A DNA stretch of 64,000 nucleotides from an uncultured Myxococcia bacterium (GTDB lineage: Bacteria > Myxococcota_A > UBA9042 > PHBI01), in NCBI GenBank assembly GCA_942493285.1, contig OW818691.1, positions 3,410,321-3,474,320 of the forward strand, read 5' to 3'. The notes under the pieces were generated by a model. It saw nothing but the letters and a program-made list of their open reading frames with translations. It had not been told where the DNA came from and ran no database searches. Of the stretch, positions 8,007 to 20,508 are shown one piece after another. Both the position numbers and the translations under genes were made by a program. Position 1 is the first letter of the stretch. Each line of letters opens with the position of its first letter.

Positions 8007-9434
8007 TCAGCGATTGAGCGCGTGCACCGCATGCCCGAGCGCTGCGTTCGCAGCCTCCATGACCGCCTCGGCCAACGTCGGGTGTGCGTGGATCGTCGTG
8101 CCCAGCTCGCTCGCCTGCGCCCCCATCTCGAGCGCCAGCGCGGCCTCCGCCACGAGGTTGCTCACCTCGGGTCCGACCGCCTCGAACCCGAGCAGGACAC
8201 CGCTCGCCTTGTCGACGACCACGCGCACGAACCCGTCGCTGTCGTTCAACGACAGGGCCCGCCCGTTCGCCGCGAACAAGAACTTCCCGACTCCGACGTC
8301 CAGGCCCTGGGCCTTGGCGTCTTTGGCCGACAACCCGACCGTCGCGATCTCCGGGTCGGTGAAGACCACCGCCGGCATCGCTCGAAAATCAAACGCCGCG
8401 GGATGGCCCGCGATGACCTCGGCCGCGACCTCGCCCTCTTTGCTCGCCTTGTGTGCGAGCATCGGCTGGCCGGCCACGTCGCCAATGGCAAACACATGCG
8501 ACACGGCCGTGCGCTGCGCCCCGTCGACCGCCAGGAAGCCTGCCCCATCGGTGCTCAGCCCCAGGTTTTCCAACCCGAGCCCAGCCGTCACCGGCCTCCG
8601 CCCGACCGTCAACAGCACGTGGTCACACTCGAGCACCTTACGCGCGCCACTCGCACGCTCTTCGATGTGGACCTTCACGCGCCGCCCTGGCTCCGCGCCC
8701 GCGATCGCCTCCCACCCGATGGCGCGAGTCGACAACAGCACCTCGCCGCCCGCGTCCTTGAAACGTTTGCCCACCGGCCGCACCAGGTCAGGCTCGAAGC
8801 CCGGCAACAACTGCTCGAGATACTCGACCACCGTGACCTGCGCCCCGAGCCGCTGCCAAACCCCGCCGAGCTCCATGCCGATGTAGCCACCGCCGATGAC
8901 GACGAGCTTCTTGGGCACCTCGGGAAACGCCAACGCCTCGGTCGAGCTGAGCACATTGACGCCGTCGAAGGCGAAGCCGGCCACCGGGCTCGGCACACTG
9001 CCGGTCGCGATGATGGCGTGGTCGAAGCGGATCCTCGTCTCGCCTTCGGGTCCTGTGACGACGACATGATGCGCGTCGACGAAGCGTGCGCTGCCCGTCA
9101 CGATGCGCCCGCCGTTGCCCTTGACGAGCCCCCCTACCCCGCCCGTCAGCTTGCCGACGACGGTGTCCTTCCACTTCATCATCCGGGTCAGGTCGATGCG
9201 CACTTCGCCGACCTCGATGCCGATGTCTTTGGCGTGTCGGATCTGCTCGACGAGCTTGCTCGCAGAGATCAGCGCCTTACTCGGGATACACCCGACATTC
9301 AGGCAGACGCCGCCCAATTCGCCTTTCTCGATGAGCACATGCGGCACCTTGAGCTGGCCCAGTCGAATCGCCGCGACGTATCCGCCGGGGCCTGCGCCGA
9401 TGACGACGGTGTTGGTCTCGAGCTCGGTCATCAC
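8007..9434 (-). CDS. lpdA: Dihydrolipoyl dehydrogenase (E3)
   Basis: FAD-binding GAGPGGYVAA, redox-active disulfide GGVCLNVGCIPSK, an NAD-binding GGGYIGMELG motif, and a C-terminal interface domain with HAHPTLAE. Confidence 0.95.
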   Translation of the reverse strand: MMTELETNTVVIGAGPGGYVAAIRLGQLKVPHVLIEKGELGGVCLNVGCIPSKALISASKLVEQIRHAKDIGIEVGEVRIDLTRMMKWKDTVVGKLTGGVGGLVKGNGGRIVTGSARFVDAHHVVVTGPEGETRIRFDHAIIATGSVPSPVAGFAFDGVNVLSSTEALAFPEVPKKLVVIGGGYIGMELGGVWQRLGAQVTVVEYLEQLLPGFEPDLVRPVGKRFKDAGGEVLLSTRAIGWEAIAGAEPGRRVKVHIEERASGARKVLECDHVLLTVGRRPVTAGLGLENLGLSTDGAGFLAVDGAQRTAVSHVFAIGDVAGQPMLAHKASKEGEVAAEVIAGHPAAFDFRAMPAVVFTDPEIATVGLSAKDAKAQGLDVGVGKFLFAANGRALSLNDSDGFVRVVVDKASGVLLGFEAVGPEVSNLVAEAALALEMGAQASELGTTIHAHPTLAEAVMEAANAALGHAVHALNR

Positions 9435-10798
9435 ACCATCTCCAGGAGCATGAGCTCGGGTGTCTCGAGGTACTTCTTGACCTCCTGCGCGAAGGCCGCC
9501 CCCTCGTGACCATCGATGAGACGGTGGTCGAACGAGAGCGAAAGGTTCATCCGCTGGCGCGCCACAATCCGGTCGTCGTCCATCACGACCGCGCGTTTGG
9601 TCATCGCGTGCACACCCAGGATGCCGACCTCCGGGTGGTTGATGATGGGCGTCGCAAAGAGCCCACCGAGCTTGCCGAGGCTCGTGATGGTGAAGGTCGA
9701 ACCCTTGAGCTCGTCGGGCCGCAGCTTGTTCGTGCGCGCCCTCTCACCGAGGTCCTGAATGTGCCACGCGAGCTCGAGCAACGAGAGCTTCTCGGCGTTA
9801 CGAATGACCGGCACGACGAGGCCCGCATCGGTAGCCGCCGCGATCCCGAGGTGCACATACTTCTTGAGAACGACCTCCTGATTCTGGTCGTCCACCGTCG
9901 CGTTCATCTTCGGGAAACGCGGCAGCGTGAGGAGAATCGCCTTCGCGATGAACGCCAGATAGGTCAGCTTGACGCCCTTGTCTTTGGTCACAACACCGAG
10001 CTTCTCTCGCGCAACGATCAGCGCCTCGCAGTCGACCTCGTCCACGTACGTGAAGTGCGCCGCCGTCGACGTCGAGCGCGCCATCGTCTCGTAGATGGCC
10101 CGCCGCAACCCACGCAGCTTCTGACGCTCCTCGGCAGGGGCCTCGGCCGTCTTGGCGGTCGGCGCCCAGGTCGCTGCCTTCGGAGCCGGCGCGCTCACAC
10201 GTTCCGCCGGTGCACTCACACGCGCGACCGGCACATTCGCTGGGGCCGACGTCGATGAAGCCGCACTCGCATGTGCGTGCCGCGTGACGTCCTCGGGCAG
10301 AACCCGACCACCCGGGCCCGAGCCGCTGACCTCGGCGATATCGATCCCCATCTCACGCGCCAACCGACGCGTCGCCGGAGCGGCCAACGCCCGCGAACCA
10401 CGCGGCACCGCGGCCACCTGCGGCGCCTCCGCCACGGCCACGACGGGCGCTGCAACGGGGGCCGCAACTGCCTTCGCCGTCGCTTCAACGGCCGCCGCGG
10501 GCTTCTCCTCATCGCTCGGCATCACATGGCCCGCATGGGTGCGCTGGCTCGGTGCGGCACCTTCGGCCTCGAATACCATCAGCACCTGGCCGACCTTCAC
10601 GATGTCGCCGGCCTGCCACGGCAGGTCGATGGCCTTGCCCGAGACAGGGCTCGGAATGACCACGGTCGCCTTGTCGGTCATGACCTCGGCGATGGGCTGC
10701 TCCGCCTTGACGACGTCTCCGGCAGCGACGAGCCAACCGACGAGCTCTCCCTCGACCATGCCCTCGGCGAGGTCCGGCAACTTGAATTCGTAGCGCAT
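9431..10798 (-). CDS. Dihydrolipoamide acyltransferase (E2) of a 2-oxoacid dehydrogenase complex
   Basis: N-terminal lipoyl domain (…AEVMTDKATVVIPSP…), Ala/Pro-rich linkers, an E3-binding region, and a C-terminal catalytic domain with DHRLIDG. It overlaps lpdA by 4 nt. Confidence 0.9.
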   Translation of the reverse strand: MRYEFKLPDLAEGMVEGELVGWLVAAGDVVKAEQPIAEVMTDKATVVIPSPVSGKAIDLPWQAGDIVKVGQVLMVFEAEGAAPSQRTHAGHVMPSDEEKPAAAVEATAKAVAAPVAAPVVAVAEAPQVAAVPRGSRALAAPATRRLAREMGIDIAEVSGSGPGGRVLPEDVTRHAHASAASSTSAPANVPVARVSAPAERVSAPAPKAATWAPTAKTAEAPAEERQKLRGLRRAIYETMARSTSTAAHFTYVDEVDCEALIVAREKLGVVTKDKGVKLTYLAFIAKAILLTLPRFPKMNATVDDQNQEVVLKKYVHLGIAAATDAGLVVPVIRNAEKLSLLELAWHIQDLGERARTNKLRPDELKGSTFTITSLGKLGGLFATPIINHPEVGILGVHAMTKRAVVMDDDRIVARQRMNLSLSFDHRLIDGHEGAAFAQEVKKYLETPELMLLEMV

Positions 10799-10891
10799 AG
10801 TGTCCCCAGGCGATTCGTTGTGTCCGTGTATGCTCGGGGCAGGCTGTCACCCTGAGCTCGGGCAGGCCCCGCAGTCGATGTGTCTGGCGTG

Positions 10892-11845
10892 TCAGAACGC
10901 CAAGGTCGCGAGCGCGCTCTCACGCACCCGCCGTGTCCAGTCTTCACGATTCGGCGCGAGCTCCGCACCCGCGTGCGACACGAGCGAAATCGGGGCTTCG
11001 AGGTTGAGGAAACACGCCTCAGTCAGTCGCCGCGCGACCTCACCCGCGACCGTCCCACCCGCGTCATGCACCACCATCGCGCGCCCCGTCGCCGTCACCG
11101 CCGCGGCCAGCGTATCGAGGTCCATCGGGTTCAAGACCCGCATGTCCATGACCCCGACCTCGTACCCGTCGGCCGTCATCCGCTGCGCGGCCTCGAGCGA
11201 GACCGGCACGCCGGCCCCCCAGGTCACGATGGTCAGGTCGCTTCCGGGCCGCGCGCGACGCGCCCGATGCAGCGAATCGATCACGTCGTCCGGCCCGACC
11301 TCAGCCGTGACCAATGGCGCACCAACAGCCCGATACAGAGCCTTGGGCTCGAGCACCACGACCGGCTCGTGCGCCGACTCCGCCGCGGCTTTCAGCATCG
11401 CCCACGCATCGACCGGGCGCGACGGGCAGACGACCCGAAGGCCAGTCGCCGTGCCGAGTGCCGCCTCGGGCGAGTCCCCATCGGACAGGGTCCCGTTGTC
11501 GACGAGGCCGACCGGGATCCGCACGACGAACGGCCCGCCATACTCACCCGTGCGGTCGAAGTAACGACCGATGCCATCGATCAACACACCGGCGGCGCGC
11601 AGCGCAAGCTCTGGCGGCAACTCACAAATCGGCAAGTGGCCGGCGATCTTCAGCCCACGCGAGAAGCCGAGGATCGCCGCCGGGTTGGGAGGCGTGTCGA
11701 TGACACGCTCGACGCCGAACTTCTCGAACAGCCCCGCCGTCGCGCGAAACGGGCCGCCATAAGCGCCGATGTCCGTTCCCAGCAACACGGCTTTGGGCAG
11801 TGCTGCGAGGATCTCGTCGAGGGCCTGGCGAATCGCCTCGACCAT
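10892..11845 (-). CDS. 2-oxoacid dehydrogenase E1 component beta subunit (transketolase-like)
   Basis: Start at MVEAIRQALDEIL…GTDIGAYGGPFRATAGL. The C-terminal domain …DLTIVTWGAGV…VMDMRVLNPMDLDTL…GRAMVVHDAG matches the E1-beta pattern. Confidence 0.8.
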   Translation of the reverse strand: MVEAIRQALDEILAALPKAVLLGTDIGAYGGPFRATAGLFEKFGVERVIDTPPNPAAILGFSRGLKIAGHLPICELPPELALRAAGVLIDGIGRYFDRTGEYGGPFVVRIPVGLVDNGTLSDGDSPEAALGTATGLRVVCPSRPVDAWAMLKAAAESAHEPVVVLEPKALYRAVGAPLVTAEVGPDDVIDSLHRARRARPGSDLTIVTWGAGVPVSLEAAQRMTADGYEVGVMDMRVLNPMDLDTLAAAVTATGRAMVVHDAGGTVAGEVARRLTEACFLNLEAPISLVSHAGAELAPNREDWTRRVRESALATLAF

Positions 11846-11867
11846 GGATGTTCCATTCGCACCCACG

Positions 11868-12707
11868 TCAGACCCCCACCGCGTCACGCGCTTTGTCGAG
11901 CGCAGTCTTCACCTCGGCCGCCAGCGCCCGCTCGAGCTCGGGCGACAGGAGCCCACGCTTTTGCAGGTCGAGCGCATCGAGCGGGTCACCCTCGCCTGCC
12001 CCATGCCGCGCGTCGATGAGCAGCGGCAACCCCGGACGCGAAGTTCGCGCCTCTTCGAGCGCCCAATAGACCTTGTGCGCCGAGTCCGGCGACACCGGCA
12101 CCCGGTGCATCAACACGAGCCTCTCGATCGAAGCCCGTGGCCCGCGCAACAAGAAGATGACCCGCGCCCGCGTCTCGATGGCCCACACCAGCGCCGCAGT
12201 CGTCTCGGGCAGGGTCAGCGTACCCGAGCCGAGACAGCAGATGGCGATCTGCCCCGAGCCCCGCCGATTGGCCGCGACCCCGAAGCCCACGGCCTCGGCC
12301 ACGTGCCCGCCGTGTGACCCTTCCGACAACGAAATCCCCAGTTCTCTCGAAAAGATAGCCCCGGGCAAAGTGCGCTCGTGGCGGCGCCCGGTCGCCTGCA
12401 TCAGGATCTGTTCGTGCGAGAGCCCACGTGCAAGCGCCGCCGGCCAGTCACGGGCAGTGCCAAAGAGCCAGTCACCCGGCTCGAGCGAGAAGCCCGCGCC
12501 TACCGTCGCAGCCCGCGAGCGCCCGGTCTCGGGCAACGGCCGAATCTGGCCCGACCGCGCGAGGCGCTGGAGCAGCGCGTCTGTTTGCCGCGCATGGACC
12601 TGCAGCTCGACGAGCCGCGACAGGATCCGCGCGTCTTCGCTCGGGTCGACGCCCAGCGACTTGGGCAACCCTTCGAGCAACGGATCCGGCAAGCCGTCCT
12701 GACTCAT
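11868..12707 (-). CDS. 2-oxoacid dehydrogenase E1 component alpha subunit, short and divergent
   Basis: Start at MSQDGLPDP (the cat at 12705-12707 lies next to the lipA stop). It is about 280 aa. The TPP-binding region reads [22 protein letters not shown]…VIFLLRGP, that is GSG instead of the canonical GDG and no NN pair. It is positioned as E1alpha between lipA and E1beta. Confidence 0.6.
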   Translation of the reverse strand: MSQDGLPDPLLEGLPKSLGVDPSEDARILSRLVELQVHARQTDALLQRLARSGQIRPLPETGRSRAATVGAGFSLEPGDWLFGTARDWPAALARGLSHEQILMQATGRRHERTLPGAIFSRELGISLSEGSHGGHVAEAVGFGVAANRRGSGQIAICCLGSGTLTLPETTAALVWAIETRARVIFLLRGPRASIERLVLMHRVPVSPDSAHKVYWALEEARTSRPGLPLLIDARHGAGEGDPLDALDLQKRGLLSPELERALAAEVKTALDKARDAVGV

Positions 12708-13867
12708 GCTGCGTCCATGGCTGTGGTGGATTCGGGGGATCCGGGCGACACGGCGGAAACGACCGCTCCGGTGGTTTCGAGAGCCGCTTTCTCGGCGCGC
12801 TGCGCCTCGATGTGCGCGTGCAGGTAGAACTCGCCCGCACGATAGCTCGACCGCACCAGCGGCCCGGAAGCGACGTACAGGAAGCCCATCGCCACGGCGT
12901 CCTTCTCCCACATCGCGAAGACCTCGGGCGAGACGAACTCGACCACGGCCAGGTGTTTGGGCGACGGCTGCAGGTACTGCCCGAAGGTCACGACGTCGCA
13001 GCCGACGCCGCGCAGATCGACGAGTGTCTCGCGGACCTCGGCCTCGGTCTCGGACAGGCCGAGCATGATGCTCGTCTTCGAGAGCACGTTGACGCCGTCC
13101 CTGCCCTTGCCGCGCCCGTACTCTTTGATGTGTTTCAGGACCGCGAGCGACTGGTCGTAGGTCGCACGCACGTCGCGCACCTTGCGGGTCAACCCGCGCG
13201 TCGTCTCGACGTTGTGGGCCACCACGTCGGCACCCGCGTCGATGATCGCGTTGACGCCCTCCATGCGGCCCTGGAAGTCGGGGATCAACACCTCGACCAG
13301 GATGTCGGGCTGCAAGCGCTTGAGCTCACGCACACACGACGCGAAGTGTTCGGCGCCGCCATCGGCCAGGTCGTCGCGGTTCACCGACGTGAGCACGATG
13401 TAGTCGACGCCCATCGCCGCGACGGCCTTGGCCGCGTTGAACGGCTCACGCGGGTCGAGCGGCGCAGGCTTGCCGGTGTCGACCGCACAGAAGCGGCAGC
13501 CACGTGTGCAGGTCCCGCCCATCAACATGATGGTCGCGGTGCCGCCCGACCAGCACTCCCCGATGTTGGGGCACTGCGCCTCCTGGCAGACCGTGAACAG
13601 GTCGAGCCCTTCGAGGCGCTGCCTGATCTGCTCGTAGCGACCGCCGCCAGGCGCCTTCACCTTGAGCCACGGCGGCTTTGGCACTCGCGCCTTCTTCGGC
13701 AGCGGCATCGGCGCCGACGACGCATCAGCCAGCTCAGCAGGCGTTTTCGCCTGGCTCACCTGGTTCACCTGGTTCGATTGTCCAACGATAGGAAACACCG
13801 GAGACGTCTGGGACTTCATCGCTTCCCCACCCGGAGCGCCATCGCCTTGGAACTCCAGGGTCGGCAT
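12704..13867 (-). CDS. lipA: Lipoyl synthase with an N-terminal Pro/Lys-rich extension
   Basis: [12 protein letters not shown] plus a radical-SAM CTRGCRFC motif. An alternative start is MKSQ at 13819. Confidence 0.9.
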   Translation of the reverse strand: MPTLEFQGDGAPGGEAMKSQTSPVFPIVGQSNQVNQVSQAKTPAELADASSAPMPLPKKARVPKPPWLKVKAPGGGRYEQIRQRLEGLDLFTVCQEAQCPNIGECWSGGTATIMLMGGTCTRGCRFCAVDTGKPAPLDPREPFNAAKAVAAMGVDYIVLTSVNRDDLADGGAEHFASCVRELKRLQPDILVEVLIPDFQGRMEGVNAIIDAGADVVAHNVETTRGLTRKVRDVRATYDQSLAVLKHIKEYGRGKGRDGVNVLSKTSIMLGLSETEAEVRETLVDLRGVGCDVVTFGQYLQPSPKHLAVVEFVSPEVFAMWEKDAVAMGFLYVASGPLVRSSYRAGEFYLHAHIEAQRAEKAALETTGAVVSAVSPGSPESTTAMDAA

Positions 13868-13967
13868 ATAGTCCCGCCGTCACCGACAATCAACACATGC
13901 AGACGCGCCCCGCAGGGCAATCGCAAGGTCCAGGAAATCACCCAGTGGGAAGGATTTCTCAGGAAAG

Positions 13968-14035
13968 CAGGAAACAAGGAGCCCAGGAAGAGACCCGTGA
14001 ACTGCCTGCAGTTTCGTCCTGCTCCTGGTTTCCTT
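13968..14035. other. Imperfect inverted repeat (stem-loop) in the atpC–lipA intergenic region
   Basis: caggaaacaaggagc (13968-13982) pairs with gctcctggtttcct (14021-14034) at 13 of 15 bp. The ~38-nt loop contains a ctgcag palindrome. It sits in a locally lower-GC stretch about 200 bp downstream of the atpC stop. Confidence 0.3.
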
Positions 14036-14238
14036 GGTTGCTGGGTTCCTCAGAGACCGCGACTTTCCGACCGCCCTGACGCGCCCCGGAGGCCTGAAGC
14101 AAGAGCGCCTGAACCCTCGGTTCAAGACGGCACGTCGCTGCCGCTGGCCCGCGCTGCGGCCGGCCACAGCAGGCGACCGATACGGCGGCCGGCCCAGCGG
14201 GCGTCTTCACTCTCCGTGGACGTTCGCCAGCGCGGACA

Positions 14239-14685
14239 TCAGTTCGCCTTCTGGCGCTCCTGCTGGATCCGCAGCGCCTCGGGCGTCGCGAACCGCGAGA
14301 CCGCGAGCCGGTTCAGCGCGCGCTGACGCTTGTCCTGCGCCTGCTTCCAACCGACCGGATCGTGATGTGGGTCGAGCGCCTTGATCTGCACCTCGATGTC
14401 GTCGAGCGATTTCTTGGCGCGGGTCGCATCGATCTCGTCCGGGTCCTCGGCGGTCTGGGTCACCACGACGATCTCGTCGTCATGGACTTCCATGAAGCCC
14501 TCGGTCGTCGCGAGGTGCTTCGTCTTGCCGCCATCGGAGTACGTGAGCATGCCGATGGCGAGGCTCGTGATGAGCGGCCGATGTCCCGGCAGCACCCCGA
14601 GCTCACCGAGCTGTCCGGGCACCGTCACGGACGCGACCTGGGTGTTCACCTTGGAGCCTTTTGGGGTCACGACGACGAGCTGCAT
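14239..14685 (-). CDS. atpC: F1 ATP synthase epsilon subunit
   Basis: MQLVVVTPKGSK…VTVPGQLGELGVLPGHRPL, the typical epsilon N-terminal beta sandwich, directly downstream of atpD. Confidence 0.9.
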   Translation of the reverse strand: MQLVVVTPKGSKVNTQVASVTVPGQLGELGVLPGHRPLITSLAIGMLTYSDGGKTKHLATTEGFMEVHDDEIVVVTQTAEDPDEIDATRAKKSLDDIEVQIKALDPHHDPVGWKQAQDKRQRALNRLAVSRFATPEALRIQQERQKAN

Positions 14686-14896
14686 CTCTTAGTCTCCTGT
14701 CCTGGTCCCCTCGGCCGCCGGGGCGGTCGAAGGGGAGGCGAGCGAAGCGGAGGGGTTTTCCACCGGCGCGCCATGGCGCTACCGGGTCCTCGTCATCGCT
14801 GATGTGTGCGCGGATGTGAGCTTTTCGGGCTCGACCCCTGGCACCCGGATGGGTGCCCCTTTCGGAGCGCCATCCGGAGCCGGGGTGACCAGAACC

Positions 14897-16567
<1,671 letters not shown>

Positions 16568-16575
16568 TCAGAGTC

Positions 16576-17436
16576 TCAGAGCGCTTCCATCCCGGAGATG
16601 ATCTCGATGAGCTCACGCGTAATCGCGGCCTGACGGGCGCGGTTGTACTGCAGCGTGAGCTTCGAGATGAGCTCGCCCGCGTTCTTCGTCGCCGAGTCCA
16701 TGGCGCTCATACGGGCACCCATCTCGGACGCAACCGACTCGAGCAGCATACGCAGGATCTGCACCGTGACGTGGCCGGGGATGACCGCGTCGAGGATCTC
16801 ACGCTTGCCGGGCTCGTAGATGAACTCGGGCAGGTAGGTCCCCTCGTCGAGAGGTGCCGGCACGACCGGCAGCAGCTGCTCGACCACGACCTTCTGGGTC
16901 ATGGCCGACTTGAACTCGTTGTAGACCACGTAGAGGGCGTCGAGGCCCTCCTCGGTGAACCGGCGGATGGCGTGCTCGGCGATCTCCGAGGCCTTCTCCT
17001 GGTTCGGGTCGACGAGGATGTCCTTGAAGACCGTGTTGACCGAGACGTCGCGGCGCTTGAAGTACTCGACACCCTTACGGCCGACGATGTCGAGCTCGAT
17101 GGTCTCGTGTCCCTGGGCGTTGAGCCGGATGTAGCGCTCGGCCGAACGATTGATGTTCGAGTTGAACGCGCCGCACAGACCGCGGTCCGACGTCAAGATG
17201 AGCAGCTCGACCTTCTTGGGCGTGCGCTGCTCGAGCAGCGGGTGGTCCGTGAAGTCGGCGCGCGCCGCGAGCTGCGCGATGATGTCGCGCGTGCGGAACG
17301 CGTACGGCCGCAGCGTCTCGATGGCCGCCTGGGCCTTACGCAGACGCGCCGCGGCGACCATCTTCATCGCCTTGGTGATCTTGGCGGTGTTCTTGACCGA
17401 GCTGATGCGTTTGCGGATTAGTTTTAGCTTGGACAC
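16576..17436 (-). CDS. atpG: F1 ATP synthase gamma subunit
   Basis: N-terminus MSKLKLIRKRISSVKNTAKITKAMKMVAAARLRKAQ. C-terminus …ITRELIEIISGMEAL. Confidence 0.95.
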   Translation of the reverse strand: MSKLKLIRKRISSVKNTAKITKAMKMVAAARLRKAQAAIETLRPYAFRTRDIIAQLAARADFTDHPLLEQRTPKKVELLILTSDRGLCGAFNSNINRSAERYIRLNAQGHETIELDIVGRKGVEYFKRRDVSVNTVFKDILVDPNQEKASEIAEHAIRRFTEEGLDALYVVYNEFKSAMTQKVVVEQLLPVVPAPLDEGTYLPEFIYEPGKREILDAVIPGHVTVQILRMLLESVASEMGARMSAMDSATKNAGELISKLTLQYNRARQAAITRELIEIISGMEAL

Positions 17437-17573
17437 AGGCGCCTCGCTTGGCCACGTATGGCCGACCTCGTACTCATCTCTTCAGTGACCCTCGTCGCAG
17501 CCACTCCAACTCAGGCACGACTCGCAACCGAGGCGCCCGGGACCGAGCCCCGGGTCACCCTCGGCGCGTCAAA

Positions 17574-19103
17574 TCACTTGGCCTTTTCGGACGCCTTGAA
17601 GACCTGGTTGAACTCGTTGCACACGGCGACCATCTTGGCGCGCACGTCCTTCGTGAGGTCGGCGACCTGCTTGATCTCCTCGAAGAGTCCGCCGTGGCGG
17701 GCGCGCACGAACTCGAGCAGCTCCTTCTCCCAGCGGCGGATGTCGCGCACCGCGATGGGCATGAGGAAGTTCTCGGGCGCCGTGCCCGCGAAGATGATGA
17801 GCGACATCTCTTCCATGCTGAGCGGCTGGTACTGCGACTGCTTCAACAGCTCGACCAGGCGCTCGCCCTTCTGGAGCTGGCGCTGCGTCGCGGCGTCGAG
17901 GTCGGACGCGAACTGCGCGAAGGCGGCCACGTCGCGGTACTGCGCCAGGTCGAGCTTCAGCGAGCCCGACACCTTCTTCATGATCTTCGTCTGCGCGGCG
18001 CCGCCGACGCGGGACACCGAGATACCGACGTTCATGGCGGGGCGGACACCCTGGAAGAAGAGGTCCGTCTCGAGGAAGATCTGGCCGTCGGTGATCGAGA
18101 TGACGTTCGTCGGGATGTAGGCCGACACGTCGCCGGCCTGCGTCTCGATGATGGGGAGTGCGGTCAGCGACCCACCGCCGAGCTCGTCGTTGAGCTTCGA
18201 CGCGCGCTCGAGCAGGCGCGAGTGGATGTAGAACACGTCGCCCGGGTACGCCTCGCGGCCCGGCGGGCGGCGCAGCAGCAGCGACATCTCGCGGTAGGCC
18301 GAGGCCTGCTTCGAGAGGTCATCGTAGATGATGAGGGCGTGCATGCCGTTGTCGCGGAAGTACTCGCCCATCGTGCACCCGGTGTAGGGGGCGATGAACT
18401 GCAGCGTGGCCATCTCGGACGCCGAGGCGCTGACGACGATGGTGTACTCCATCGCGCCGAACTTCTCGAGGCGCTGCACGACGTTGGCGACCGTCGACTG
18501 CTTCTGGCCGATGGCGACGTAGATGCAGAAAAGGTTGCCACCCTTCTGGTTGATGATGGTGTCGAGCGCGATGGCGGTCTTGCCGGTCTGGCGGTCACCG
18601 ATGATGAGCTCGCGCTGGCCTCGCCCGATGGGCGTCATGGCGTCGATGGCCTTGAGACCGGTCATCATCGGCTCGTGCACCGACTTACGGGTCATGATGC
18701 CGGGCGCCTTGAGCTCGATGCGGCGGAACTCCGTCGTCTCGATGGGGCCCTTGCCGTCGATGGGCTGGCCGAGCGCGTCGACGACGCGGCCGAGCAGCGC
18801 CTTACCCACGGGGACCTGCACGATCTTGCCGGTCCGCTTGGCGGTGTCGCCGTCCTTGATGGTGTCCGACTGGCCGAGAAGCGCCACGCCGACGTTGTCC
18901 TCTTCGAGGTTCAACACCATGCCGCGCACGCCACCGGGGAACTCCAGGAGCTCGCCGGCCATAGCGTTTTCGAGGCCGCTCATGCGGGCAATGCCGTCGC
19001 CGGCCTTGATGACCGTACCGGTCTCCTGGACCTCGACCTTCTTGTCGTAGTCGGCGATCTGCGCCTTGATGATCGAGCTGATTTCGGCAACGCTGATGTT
19101 CAT
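17574..19103 (-). CDS. atpA: F1 ATP synthase alpha subunit
   Basis: P-loop [18 protein letters not shown] and conserved regions throughout. Confidence 0.95.
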   Translation of the reverse strand: MNISVAEISSIIKAQIADYDKKVEVQETGTVIKAGDGIARMSGLENAMAGELLEFPGGVRGMVLNLEEDNVGVALLGQSDTIKDGDTAKRTGKIVQVPVGKALLGRVVDALGQPIDGKGPIETTEFRRIELKAPGIMTRKSVHEPMMTGLKAIDAMTPIGRGQRELIIGDRQTGKTAIALDTIINQKGGNLFCIYVAIGQKQSTVANVVQRLEKFGAMEYTIVVSASASEMATLQFIAPYTGCTMGEYFRDNGMHALIIYDDLSKQASAYREMSLLLRRPPGREAYPGDVFYIHSRLLERASKLNDELGGGSLTALPIIETQAGDVSAYIPTNVISITDGQIFLETDLFFQGVRPAMNVGISVSRVGGAAQTKIMKKVSGSLKLDLAQYRDVAAFAQFASDLDAATQRQLQKGERLVELLKQSQYQPLSMEEMSLIIFAGTAPENFLMPIAVRDIRRWEKELLEFVRARHGGLFEEIKQVADLTKDVRAKMVAVCNEFNQVFKASEKAK

Positions 19104-19272
19104 CGCGTTCTTTCCTGGCTAGTCGAGCGGCTGGCTCGGGTTTTCTGGCGTGAGGTCCGGTCTCCGTTAGCGGCCCGGTTCCTTCGATTTTCGAGATTTC
19201 TGATTTCGTTCGGTGGTGAGCGGCCGGGTCTCCCGACCAGACGCTGCTCTGCGTTCGGGCCCTCGAGCCACT

Positions 19273-19818
19273 TCAGCCATTGGCTGCGAAGCGGTCGCGC
19301 AGGCTCGCGAGCTGGGTCTTCACGCTGCCATCGAGGACGATGTTGCCGACCGTCGTGACCACCCCACCGATGAGCGAGGGGTCGACCCGCGCGTCGAGTG
19401 TGACCTGCTTCTTGGTGAGCCGCGCGAGCGCAGTCTGGATCCGAGCGAGCTCGGGCTTGTCGAGCGGCACAGCGGAAGTCACGGTCGCCCGCACGCGCCC
19501 GGTCGCCTCATCGAGCATCTCGTTGAAGCTCGTGACGATCTCCTCGAGATGGTCGAGGCGCTGAGCCTCGAGGACCACGAACAGGAAGTTGCGGGTCGTC
19601 GGCGCGAAGAGGAAACGCGCGAAGATCTTGCTCAAGATCTCCTTCTTGTCGGTGTGCGAGGCCCCGCTGCCCTTCAACACCCCCTGGAGCTCGGGCGAGT
19701 TCTTCCACGTCTCGACGAAGGTCTCGAGCTGCTTGCCGATGACGGCGTGGTTCTTCGACTCGGCACAGAGGTCGATGAGCGCCTTGGCGTAGCGTCGTGC
19801 AAGCGGTGATTGGCTCAT
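19273..19818 (-). CDS. atpH: ATP synthase delta (OSCP) subunit
   Basis: N-terminus MSQSPLARRYAKALIDL. Size and position between atpF and atpA. Confidence 0.85.
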   Translation of the reverse strand: MSQSPLARRYAKALIDLCAESKNHAVIGKQLETFVETWKNSPELQGVLKGSGASHTDKKEILSKIFARFLFAPTTRNFLFVVLEAQRLDHLEEIVTSFNEMLDEATGRVRATVTSAVPLDKPELARIQTALARLTKKQVTLDARVDPSLIGGVVTTVGNIVLDGSVKTQLASLRDRFAANG

Positions 19819-19917
19819 GGGGTTTCCTGGTCGCTCTGGCGCGAGGTCGAAGTCCTCGTGCGCTGCTTTGCTGGAGGGGCCGCATTCGACCCCTGAGGCT
19901 TAGGCTGGATTCGTAGG

Positions 19918-20508
19918 TCAGGCCGCCCGGTCGAGCCGCTCGAGCTTCTCGAGGTCGTCGACATAGCTCGTCGCGAGACGCTTCTGCGCGGCGGGGTCGA
20001 GCTTGGCACGCACCTTCGCCTCGGTCGCCTCGAGCACCTGCGCCACGAGCTCGTGCTCGAGCTGCTCGCGCAGCTTGGCCATCTCCTGCTCGAGCGACTT
20101 ACGCGCGTTCTGCTGGATCTTCTCGACCTGCGCCTCGGCCTCGTGAAGGATCCGCTCCTTCTCACGCTCACCGTCTGCCTCGAACTGCTTCTTGATCGTG
20201 CCGACCTCGGTCTCGACGTGCGAGACGAGCTTGTCGAGCTCGGCCAGGCGCGCCTCGGCGGCTTCACGCAACCGTGTCGCGGCCTCGAGCTCGGCTTTCA
20301 CCTTCTCGTAGCGGTTGACGAGGAACGACTTCGCTGGCCCCTTGAGGAAGAACCACAAGAGCCCCACGTAGATGATGAAGTCGATGATGTAGAAGCCTTC
20401 GACGGTGAACGAGAACCCGCCTCCAGCCGCGAGCGCGGGGCTCGCCATCATCGTCCCAACGGTGAGCCCGAGGGCCCCTGCAGCGCGTTTCGACCACGTC
20501 GCCATCAC
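19918..20508 (-). CDS. atpF: ATP synthase Fo subunit b
   Basis: Single N-terminal TM helix followed by a long charged coiled coil (…KAELEAATRLREAAEARLAELDKL…). It overlaps the b' gene by 4 nt. Confidence 0.85.
   Translation of the reverse strand: MMATWSKRAAGALGLTVGTMMASPALAAGGGFSFTVEGFYIIDFIIYVGLLWFFLKGPAKSFLVNRYEKVKAELEAATRLREAAEARLAELDKLVSHVETEVGTIKKQFEADGEREKERILHEAEAQVEKIQQNARKSLEQEMAKLREQLEHELVAQVLEATEAKVRAKLDPAAQKRLATSYVDDLEKLERLDRAA

Noticed and set aside
8022-12019. Long plus-strand ORFs (8022..9509, 10880..12019, 12428..14326) antisense to lpdA, E1, lipA
   Set aside because: The products are Arg/Asp/His-rich with no motifs, and the opposite strand carries unambiguous enzyme genes. 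These are typical shadow ORFs of high-GC DNA.
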